20,000 nt of DNA from Thelocarpon superellum. Its lineage: Eukaryota. This document shows, piece after piece, positions 1-9,979 of this stretch. The DNA is taken from NCBI GenBank assembly GCA_026025795.1, contig JAPEUG010000040.1, positions 50,125 to 70,124 on the forward strand, read 5' to 3'. The stretch's first letter is position 1. Each line of letters starts with the position of its first letter. The notes under the pieces were generated by a model that worked only from the letters and a program-made list of their open reading frames with translations, was not told where the DNA came from and did not search any database. The position numbers and the translations under genes were made by a program.

Positions 1-1450
1 TGCCAGCCAGATGGCAGAGGGCCGGGATGGCGCAGGAGCAGGCTCGACGGCCAAGACAAAGGCCCAATTATGGAGCGAGTTGAAGATCGCCTCCATCACC
101 CGCAGCATCACCCTCATCTACGCCCTGGCGCTCCTCACCCTCCTGACCCGCATCCAACTCAACCTCCTCGGCCGCCGCAACTACCTGTCGAGCGTCGTCT
201 CCCTCGCCGTCCACGCGGCACGGCCGATGCACAGCTCGACCATCAGCCTGGAGAACCACGACGACGATAACGTCGACCAGACGTACGGCAATGACTTTGA
301 GACCAATCGCCAGTACCTGACCTTTAGCTGGTGGCTGCTGCACCGTGGCTGGCGGGACATCATGTACAAGGTGCAAGCGGCGGTGAAGGAGGTCTTTGGT
401 CCCCTCAACCCGCGCGAGGACATCACGCTCGAGAAACTCTCCGAGCTGACGCTGGAGGTTCGGAAGAAGGTGGAGGGGAGCAGCGACGAGGAGAGAAAGT
501 GAGTCGGCCCAGATGATCATTGAAGCTGGCAGACTGAGACGTGGTGTGGCAGATCTCGACGATGGCTCATCCACCTCTTGCCTCCACGATCAGAAGAAGA
601 GTACGTCCTACGGGAATCCGGCATTAACACGCCATCCTCCCCCCCCCCAACGACGTCGCCCGCGTCCGACCCCGTTCCCTCCAACCCTCCGCTCGACGCC
701 GAGGCCCCCACCTTCCTCCGTCGCCTTCTCGACGAAACATCGGACCTCATCGACTCGCCGACCTTCACCTCGGTCCTCACCCGTCTCCTGGATGCTGGCT
801 TCTCGACCCTGATCGACGTCAAGTGCGCCACCCAAGCCTTTAAAGGTGCCACCACCAACGCCAGCTCACCCTCTCCGTCCTCGAACCAATCTACATCACA
901 ACTCACACCTTTTACGCCCGCCACATCTCCCCCCACCACCACTATCTCCACCCACAACCCCGCGCAACACAAAACCAAACTCGCCAATGTCATGGCGACC
1001 ATGACGCGCGAAGCACACGCCGTCGGCGCCAGCGTCCCCAACGAATACCTGCAGGCGATGGAGGCAGAGCGCGACCTCGAGGCTTTTGCGGCCGTGGTAT
1101 ACAGTTCCAATTTTGAATACGAGGCGCCTGTCGAGGCTGGCGGGATTGTGGCTGGCGCTAAGGCACCGGCGGCGGTGGGGTTGAATAGGGGGAGTGACGG
1201 GGCAGACGGGAAAGGGACGAGGAAGGCGGTCGATGGGGATGGGGGGGTTCCGTCGTCACCGTCATGTGCGGCAGCTACAGCAACAGGGGCCGGAAAGGGA
1301 ACGAAGATAACGACCAACGTGCACGACGCCGCAGCCACAGCCACTACCACCACTACCACCACGAGCACCACGCCGGCCTCGTCGTCCGCCATCTCCGCCG
1401 ACGCTGCCTTTGAAAGCGCATGGGGCAAGGCACTTGTGGAGCCCGAGTGA
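1..1450 (+). CDS. PEX3: Peroxin-3 (peroxisomal biogenesis factor 3), 5'-truncated; exons <1..498, 553..1450
   Basis: Pex3 motifs KTKAQLWSELKIASITRSITLIY, LLTRIQLNLLGRRNYLSSV, NRQYLTFSWWLLHRGW, LLDETSDLIDSPTF, LEAFAAVVYSSNFE and terminal FESAWGKA. Intron 499..552 (GTGAGT...CTGAG...CAG) joins the two ORFs in frame (EERK/SRRWLIHLLPP). The frame is open to the left edge of the window. Confidence 0.96.
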
Positions 1451-1641
1451 GCGTCCTGAGCTTGTCTCCGTCTGTCCGTCCAATTTCTCGTATCTATCTG
1501 TCCGTGAATCTGGGCCGGTACCTGTACCTGTACCTGTAGAACAACAGAGAGTCGCCATACTTTGACACAAGGATACAACTAGAGACGAGATGGCGGAGAG
1601 CTCAAGATCAGACACGTGCATACAGGTATGCAGGCATGATC

Positions 1642-1730
1642 AGAGAGAGGGAGGGAGGGAGGAAGAGAGGAAGGGGGGGAGGAAGAGAGTAAGGGGGGAG
1701 GAAGAGAGGAAGGGAGGGAGGCAGAGAGGA
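1642..1730. repeat. Polypurine tract containing about 3.5 copies of a 19-20 bp unit (GGAAGAGAGGAAGGGGGGGA-like)
   Basis: 89 nt that are all A/G except T1690 and C1722; units start at 1661, 1681, 1700 and 1720. Confidence 0.9.
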
Positions 1731-1770
1731 CCCAGTGACTAGACATCTAGTGGATGCAGTCGCGGCAGAG

Positions 1771-2997
1771 CTAATAGAACGACTCGACCATCGTGTCCTT
1801 CAGCGTGCTTCCAATAGCGCCGGGCGCGTTGCCCTCGCCGAGACGAAAGACGCTCTCGACCACGCTCAGTTCCGTGGCGGTCGTGTCGAGTCCCGTGACA
1901 GCCAGCCAGTCATTCACGACCATGCCGGCGCCGACGACAGACGAGCCGCGGTTGATGCTCCCCGCCACGAGCGGGACCTGGAGGAGACTAGACAGCTCGT
2001 CTTGGTCTTGGATCGACGTCTTGGGGTGTACGAGCCCCCCTTGGTTGCTAAGCGTCATGTAAGACCCCGTCAGGACGTTGTCGGCGATCGTTTGTCGGAA
2101 TACTTCTACCCCTAGGACGTCCGCCACGCTGTGGGGAGAACAAGTCAGTGTGTGGGAGATGGAGGCGGAGGCGGAGGCGGAAGAGGGAAAGAGGGGCCTC
2201 ACATCTCCTCCGTCTCACGCTCGAGGTCGGGGTGGACCTGGTGGGGTGGAGACATGTCAGGGTGGAGGACAAAGATGAGGGCCGCGACTGTGTGGTGGAA
2301 CGAGCGTACCAATGCCACATGGTCATTGCAGCAGATGACATTCCCTAGCGCCGACAACCGCTCTTCTATCCGCTGGATCTTGACCTCGTCCGGAATGGAG
2401 TTTCGTAGATGTTGCAGTTCTTGGTCCGTCGTCGACGTCGGTACTAATAAGCCTTTTCGATTGCTGGCTCGGCGCAGAGCATGAGGGGGACCTGTTAGGT
2501 CACCGTGCTCTCATTGCACTCACTCCATCATCCCTCCCGCGAGAAGATCAGAGTAGGAGCAAAGCTGGGGCAGAAGCGGAGCGCACATACCCAGCTGTTA
2601 ATCGACCAATGATCCGCGTCCCGGCAATCGTGGCATGACAGATGGGAATGATGTCTTGGAGTTCAGCCTCAAAAACACTACGTTGGACGACGTGGTGAAC
2701 GGATTAGCCACGGAATGTCTGGGAGAATGTTTGCAGCTGCAGATGGACTCGTGCGAGGCACTAGGGAGGCCGTGCGTGGGTAGAAGTGAGAGCGAGAAGG
2801 GAGAAAGGCACCTGTAGAAGTTCTCCGATGCCCCCATGGCAACCAGCGCGTACGAATTCGTCAACGTGGCAAAGACCCCAACCCTATCCGCCGTTGTCAC
2901 GGCGTGTCAGCTCCGCCATCGTCGCGAGGCGTGGTACGGAGGGGTCGACGTCACCCACGCACTCGTTGGAGTTTTCAAACTGCGCGCGAACCGCCAT
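1771..2997 (-). CDS. TIF6: Eukaryotic translation initiation factor 6 (eIF6), 246 aa; exons 2997..2963, 2883..2812, 2677..2591, 2463..2310, 2237..2203, 2128..1771
   Basis: Spliced translation [73 protein letters not shown]...[26 protein letters not shown]...[12 protein letters not shown]...VESFY is eIF6. Five GT-AG introns; exons sum to 741 nt. Confidence 0.98.
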
Positions 2998-3610
2998 GTG
3001 TGCGGTTGCCTTGGACTGAGGGACTGAATGTGAGAAGGGATTGATCCAAGGAAGATGCGCGATGGGAGCTCCGCTCAGACACTTTCCGGCGATGTCTTGT
3101 CTGACAAGGACCAGGTCTGTGGGAAGATGCACGAGCGCTGTACCTCGTACTTGTAGTGGGGTGGGCTGGCCGGATTCTAGAAGGGCTCCAGTGATTGTGG
3201 GGCTCTCCGTTCGTCACTACCGAAATTCAAAGTGGCAGGCCACCCAAGCTCCAAAAGCTTTCGAGTCATCAATGACATCAAAGTTTAGTCGCTAGCACCT
3301 ACAGCCCCTCGCAAGACTCATGCCAGGAGCGTTTGTCATCAGACCTATGCTGTGCAACGGATCTTCATGCATGGTATGAATCACTGCAACGTACGTCGGG
3401 CAGCCATTAGCCATCGGCAGACACCCAAAGCTGCCCTTTGCCCGGCCGTCTCTAGCTCGGTGATCTAGAGATCCTCTCAGTGGCGATGCAAACGAATATG
3501 ATATGATACACTGATCCTAGCTCTCCCCCAAATAAGATGACAAGCCCTTTTTCTTTGCATGCACCTGGTATCATCAAGCCTCACATTCGCCATGCCCATT
3601 GTATTACACC

Positions 3611-5396
3611 TCAGTCCTGCTTTCGGCCCAGGGCAAGGTCCTCCAGGGGAAGACTCCGGCCATCTCGGGTCTGGGTGTCAGGAATCCAGAAATAGGTCAA
3701 GATGGCGCCGACGATCATAAAGGCGGAGAAGACCAACAGCACGTAGCCTAGCCAATCCTGTTGATCCAGGTAGTTGGCCGTGCCAAACTTGACGTAGCCT
3801 AAGAAGACCTGGGCAACAACGCTGCCCAGCTTGCCAAAGGCCGCCGAGATGCCCACGCAGGTGCATCGGTACCGCGTCGGGAAGACCTCGGCCGCGATGA
3901 TGTACGTCGTGCTGTTCGGCCCGCAATTGAACAGAATCTGGCAGATGACGTACAGCGGGATGATGGCCCCGGCCAGGTTGTTGGAGAGGAGATGCTGGAA
4001 GGTCGATCCAATGACAATGAACATGACGGCCAAGGCCACAAAGCCCCAGAACTGGATCCACTTGCGCGGCAGCCGCTCCACTATCAGGAACAGGATGAGC
4101 GAGCCGATGAGCGCGCCGGTCGAGGCGACAACCAACGAGTGCGTCGCGTTGTTCATCAGCTGCTCGTACACCGAGTCGCCCGGCTGCGGCGTGTCGAGCC
4201 AGAGCAAGGCGATGATGCGCGGACTGTTCAGGCCCAGTCCAAAGAAGGGAAGATCGAGGAGCATCCACGTCACCGACGTGGCGATGAGCGTCTTGATGTT
4301 GCCCTGCACGAGAAAGTATTCCTTCGCGTCCGCCCACGATTGCTCCGGGAGCACCATGGCCGACTCCTCGCTCGGCAGATCATGCGCCGTGAGCTGCAGC
4401 GAATCTTGCGGCGCATCTTCCCGCGACATGAAGAAGCCTTGCGCGTCGGTCACGGCCTGTTGCCCGTTCTGCACCACATCTAACGTATAGCGCGGCGACT
4501 CGGGGATGGTCAGACGAAAGAAGACGGCGACGACGGCAGGGACGACACCGAAGCCGATGACCCAGCGCCAGACGCTGTCGACCGTCGCCATGCACCCGGC
4601 GTCGGTGCCGCAAGACGCGAGCGTCGCCGCGCTCGGGACATGCGGGCCGTACGCGGCGGTGGCGACGATGGACACCACCGTCGCGAACGTCTGTCCCAGC
4701 GGCTGGCAGAAGAAGACGATGGCCAACATCAGACCCCGGCTCTCCTCCGGCGCCATCTCCGCCGTGATGACGCCGCTGAGCGGATAGTCGGCCCCGATGC
4801 CAATGCCGACGATGAGGCGCCAGAAGAGCAGCCAACCCAGGAGAGACATGTTGCCGGCCGCGCCCGAGCCGCACATGGCCAGGGCCAGCGTGGCGCCGAT
4901 GGTGATGACCAGTTCCAGGCCATACATCTTGCGACGACCGTACATGTCGGCGAAGATGCCGAAGAGCAGCTGCCCGATGATGGAGCCGCCCAGGGTGGCG
5001 ATGTTGAGCCCGATCTCGTAACTGTGCGGCATCGTGCCGCCATAGTAGACATCCCCCAGCATCGGAATGATCATGTTCAAGGCAAAGATCTACCCCTCGG
5101 TCAGTGAGAGCGGTGACGCGTCGTACCGGCTCGACTCACATCGTAGGCGTCCGTCATGAAGCCCACCCCCGCCACGATCACCACCCAGACCCGTTCGGCC
5201 AGGCGAGCCTGGTTGATGGAGTTGACGACATATCGTCTTCGCACTTTGACTTCCTACCGACCGGCTTTAGCGACGGCAGGATGGGGGCAGCGACGGCACC
5301 AAGGATGCGGAGACGAACCTCATGTTCTTGAAAGGGCGTGACATGGTCCTGCCAGGGCGATAGGTGGAAGAAGCGCCGCTTCTCCCCGGGCGCCAT
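3611..5396 (-). CDS. PHO84: MFS phosphate:H+ symporter, Pho84/PHS family (divergent member), 556 aa; exons 5396..5319, 5253..5140, 5089..3611
   Basis: Family motifs VAGVGFMTDAYDIF (spanning intron 2), FADMYGRRKMYGLEL, GIGIGADYPLSGVITAE, FRLTIPESPRY, GPNSTTYIIAAEVFPTRYRCTCVGISAAFGKLG. Phase-0 introns 5318..5254 (GTTCGT..CTAAA..TAG) and 5139..5090 (GTGAGT..CTGAC..TAG). Family is secure; strict orthology to PHO84 is not. Confidence 0.92.
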
Positions 5397-5777
5397 TGCG
5401 TCGGCCGGCCTGCGTCAATAAGCGGCGCCAGGCGAAGCAATCTTGGTCGATGCAGAACAGGGGCTACAGCGGGAGCATCATCCGCATCGTGGCCATCTCG
5501 AGAGAAAAAGAGATGAAGAGCAGGCGTGTTCCATAATCATACGATAACTACGTGTCGGCATAGAAAGGGACAAATGCCCGCTGGCGTAGGGAAGACTGGT
5601 GGCACGAGGGTCTTGCGGAGCCGCAGCGGCAGGCAGCTCCCCAGGGCGGTGCAGGCGGATGTCTGGCGACTGACGAGCGATCAATTCCCATCACGTACTC
5701 ATACGTGATACTGACCATGCTAGCCCACCGAGGCTGCTCCACACGCGTACATCAGAGAATCAACGGGATTGGCACTG

Positions 5778-5787
5778 CCCACGTGGG
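5778..5787. promoter_or_regulatory. Putative Pho4/NUC-1/PalcA binding site CCCACGTGGG
   Basis: Perfect 10-bp palindrome with a CACGTG core and GG flanks, about 385 bp upstream of the phosphate transporter ATG. Confidence 0.6.
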
Positions 5788-6564
5788 TGCGTGAGTGGAT
5801 ACAATCTGCACTTGGCGCACTCTTCCAGCGCAAGGCTGACCCGGAGCTATTGGGCTTGGGGTGCTGCAGCCACGGGGACGGGTCCTCGCTTGGCACGGGT
5901 GTCTTGCCCTTGTGCCGTGGATGGCCTCCCTAAGCGCGAGTCGGGGCCCACGAGAGGCCAGGGAGCCCCGCGTAACCCTGGTCCGCCCCTCGGCTTGCCG
6001 CAAGTGTTCCAAGTTCCTTCGTGCCCAGGAATGACTTAACACACCATATTGTATGTCAGTACGAGTACGAGTAATCTGCGGAGCACTCCGTACGAGCAAT
6101 CACGCTGCCCTTCACGCGAAGCAACTCCGGCCCGGCGCCGTGCGGTCGATGACTCGGTCGGGCGATGTCACTTGGCTGCAGGCTGCAGTTCGAGCCACTG
6201 GTCCCGATATAGAGCTACGTCCCCTGCTCCGTGCTTCCTCGCCGGCCGACAATGCCGAGCGTCCAGAATGCTGCGCCCCCGCCAGGCCCCCGCCTCGGGC
6301 CGCATATCCCCAGGTAAGCACGCGATCCATGGCACCGGGCACAGGCATCGTTGAGGCTCATGACCTCAAGACCCGGACCGCCACCATTGCTGGATCGTGA
6401 ATAGCAGCCGGGACCAACGAGCGAGGACGAAGAATCAAGGATACGAGGGCGAGAGGGCTAGAGGAGCAAGTTCGGGCCGGCCACGTACTCGTACGACGGA
6501 TGCGGCCCATCGCAAGGTGTAATCCAGCGAGGCACCCCGGTCGGCCTCATCGGGCGAGGCAAGG

Positions 6565-8779
6565 ATGAGTTTTGGATTCTCTGTCGGCGACTTCATCGTC
6601 GGGCTCCAGATTGCCAACGAGATCTACCGCACCTACGGCAACACCGATCACAATGCCTCTACCGAGTTCAAGCGGTTCGTCGAGGAGTTTGGTCGGTTTC
6701 GTGAATTACTGGAATCGCATTCCGGCCCGCTCGATGGACGGGCGGATCTGGGTCCGGGGTATGCGGACACCGTCGCGGCATGTCGCGCCTTTGTCGACAA
6801 ACACACCGCGCTCACGGGAAAAGATCGAAGCGCCTTGGGACGTCTGAAGCTCGCCTTTCACACCCTCCAGTGGCCGGCCGAGCGTGAGCAGGTGGAGCGG
6901 CTCCGAGCGCAGTATATGAGCTACGTGCAGTTCGACCATTTTCGCACCTCCCAGGCGACGTTGAAGACGTCGCAAGACACGCTGAAGGCGGTCTTGTACG
7001 TACTCCTCCTCCGATGGAAGATCCCTGCCCCTTTGCTGATGGCCATGCAGGAAACTCACGGAGAATCTCGACCACTATCTGACAGTCAACGTCCACACAC
7101 GGCCGGTCCAGCTTGACGTCACCACGTTGGAGCTCCACAAGGAGAGGATCGAGTGGCCCACGGCGCTTTCAAATCTCCTCCGACATCTGGACAGTGGCAC
7201 CGACATCACGCGCGACTTGGCCGACCTGGAGAAAGCGCTGGACCTCGGGGAGATCTCGCGCACCAACATCGGCGTGGACAACAAAACCAGCTTGATCCGG
7301 AAGCTGAGCGAGCGTATCGATAATCTCGCCAAGCGTGAGCGGGGGAAAGCGGCGGAGTTGTCGGGCAGCGACTCCGGGCGAGAGGCGCCTGCGGTCAACC
7401 ATGACCCCGCCCTCCGCGGCCTGAGCGATCTACAAGAATTCATCAGCAACAGCCTGCTCCGGCACAACCCCCCGCCACGGACACAGTCCGATGTGGACCC
7501 GTCCTCCGTACATCATGATGTGAACGTCAAGTGCCAAGGGATCCTGCCCAAGGCCTGCAAGGTGGAGATCTATCGAAATCGCAACAACGACGTGCACCAC
7601 ATCAAATCCATCGGCCACGACGGTCAGCTCGTCGTCGAACATGTTCTAGCCAGCGACTCGACGACACCCTGGACACACCACAGCTGCAGCTTTACCGACG
7701 ACCCTCAGCTGGCGCGCACCGTCTATTTTCGCGGCCAACACAAGATCACCACTCAGCAAGGATCGCAGCCGCGGCGGCCGATGATGAAGTCGCCCAGCTA
7801 CATCTTTACACACACAGAACCGATGGAGCAGTTCCAGAGCGACCTGATTCTCAAAACCTACGTCAAGGGCTTCGACACGCAACGCATCACGTCGCGCCGG
7901 GGATGTGAAAGCGACAGCGAAGTGATCCGCATCTTCCAGGACCCTACGACCTCCCTGCGCTCGCTGCTCTACTACTCCAACGCGCGATCCAACGCGCTCG
8001 AGAAAGGCGCACATGACTTCGGCCTCTCGCTTTTCGTATCCCGCACCAAATCCATCAACGACAAAACGATCAAAATAACCTTTGCCAGCGCCGCGCACAA
8101 ATCCTCCATCTTCGGACGCCGCACCTCCGTCTCCACGGCCGGGAGCGGCAACGCCTCCGCGCCACTAGAGAGCAAGCTCCAGTATCTCGAGATCGCATTC
8201 AGTACCATTTCGGACCGCGAGGGCTTTTTGACCGAATACCGCCTCGCCTTCCCGTCAACCTCTACCCCTCCGAGCCGCCCGCCCTCCGTCAGCTACGCCA
8301 CCTCACCTGTGCTCGACCCACATCAGCTCTCGTCCTCCTCTTTCCGCAACTTTTCCTTCCACAGCCGCAGCTCTAGCACATCCAACGCCACCGCCGCCGC
8401 CGCCGAGTTGGGCGCACTGCAGCGAAATCCGTCGTCGGTGGGCGGAGCCAGTAGCGCGTCGTCGTCGACGGCGCACACGACGCCCGAACTCAGCGGCATC
8501 ACTTTGTCAGGCCGGACGTGGAACCACGGCGTCGCCGAACTCATTGCGGGGGCTGGCGGCTCCACGACGCGACAGCCGCCACGTCAGGCCCTGCATGAAC
8601 TTCCGCTCTCCTCGTCCCCGCGTTCCACACACCCGGACACTATCGCCTCCCCGGCCTCGCTGCAGGCGTCGTATCTGCCCCCGTCCCTCCCGCCCCTGGA
8701 GCTACCCGGCTCTTTGGTGGAGGCCGAGGCGGAAGATGAAGCCGAGGCTGAGCCGGAACCTAGCGAGTTGGGCGCTTGA
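6565..8779 (+). CDS. Uncharacterised fungal protein, 719 aa: N-terminal HeLo-like/SesA-type helical domain, probable PH-like region, Ser/Pro-rich tail; exons 6565..6995, 7051..8779
   Basis: Starts MSFGFSVGDFIVGLQIANEIY, typical of fungal STAND-associated N-terminal domains. Intron 6996..7050 (GTACGT...GCTGAT...CAG) fuses the 183-aa and 550-aa ORFs in frame. Domain calls are by eye. Confidence 0.85.
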
Positions 8780-8791
8780 TATATACTTACA

Positions 8792-8817
8792 TCTCTCTCT
8801 CTCTCTCTCTCTCTCTC
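8792..8817. repeat. (TC)13 microsatellite in the 3' UTR
   Basis: Perfect dinucleotide run beginning 13 nt after the stop codon at 8779. Confidence 0.95.
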
Positions 8818-9979
8818 CAGTTAACTCTCATACTTGTGTTTACGGACGGAGTATGATGTCGAACTAACGCATTCTGGTTGGCGTCGTTTGCCTCTTTGAA
8901 CAGGACTGCCCGGTGTATGATAGTTATAGATCTTTCACGATGTAGATAGGGGGGGCCAGAGAGAAAGAAACCATGAACGGATGATTTACGTGGTCATTCA
9001 CGAGCACCATATACTACAATGTCATGCCCTTCTCGAGAGAGTATCCTTTCATTGGTCTGTAAAGCATTTCTGGTACTATCGAGGCGCTGTAGGTCCAGCA
9101 CGAGCCAATACTGGCTATCAAAGCTCCACCCTTCCCTTTAGGAAGCCACGCTATGAATCCGCCCGATCATTCCATAACGCCACGCTGAAATGCTATAATC
9201 CATCCTGAATGATGCATGCTGACTCCCGCAAGAATCCATTAGAGTCCAACACCGGCAAAACCCAACACCGGCAAAACCTAACGCTGATGCCCCACTCGCG
9301 GTCCCGGGCGGGGGAAAGGCGGCGGAGGAAAGAAATGGAAGTAAGCGCGAGTCAAAGAGTCAAAGAGCCAAAGAGTGCCCGAGGCTGGGAGAACAGGAAC
9401 AGAGATCGCTCCGTCCTCGACCATTCCGTTACCGTCCCATTTTCAAAGAGGTGTGACCAGAAGTACTGGCGAATCGAGGTTGGCGAGAGGCGGCCAACGG
9501 CCGATCGACGGGTCGCACAGGACATGGCAGAACGTGATCGCGGGAGATCCATCCTCGACCATCAACGGCGGTGCCCCGGAAGTGTCGAAGGAGTGAAGAG
9601 GAGGTTGAAGTTGCTTGGAGAGGGTCGAAGCGAGATAGACTACTCCAAGACGGTTGGCGGGCCGCTCGGAGAACGTCGATGGGATGAGCAGACGCTCAGT
9701 CTTGACTACAGGGCGGTCTTTCAGATCTTCATTGAAAATCAAGGATGAGATTGTCAACGGTCGCTGACGAATGGATTGGTCGTGCAGATTCTGGCGATTG
9801 CTCCATGAAACTCCACGGGACCAATTTATGTTCTGTCGTTACCAGCCAGTGGCTGCACTTTAGACCGTGACGGACAGGAGAGGGGAGTATCAGTGGTCCA
9901 TGAAGGGAGCCAACGTGTGGCGAAACGACAGTCGCGCGGAGCGATCATGATCGGCTGGCGCTCGAGATATGTCAGCCAC

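Noticed and set aside
517..1578. 353-aa antisense ORF over PEX3
   Set aside because: Shadow of GC-rich coding sequence on the opposite strand; no recognisable motif.
2464..2590. Possible nested intron, microexon or snoRNA in TIF6 intron 3 (internal GTGAGT, CTAACAG)
   Set aside because: A single splice gives intact eIF6; a microexon would shift the frame; C and D box-like words are in the wrong order.
9209..9960. ORFs 9209..9748 (+), 9443..9757 (-) and a GCTGAC...CCAG acceptor-like signal near 9955-9977
   Set aside because: No codon bias or motifs and no good matching donor; most likely a long 3' UTR of the 982-aa gene. An extra terminal exon cannot be excluded without RNA-seq.
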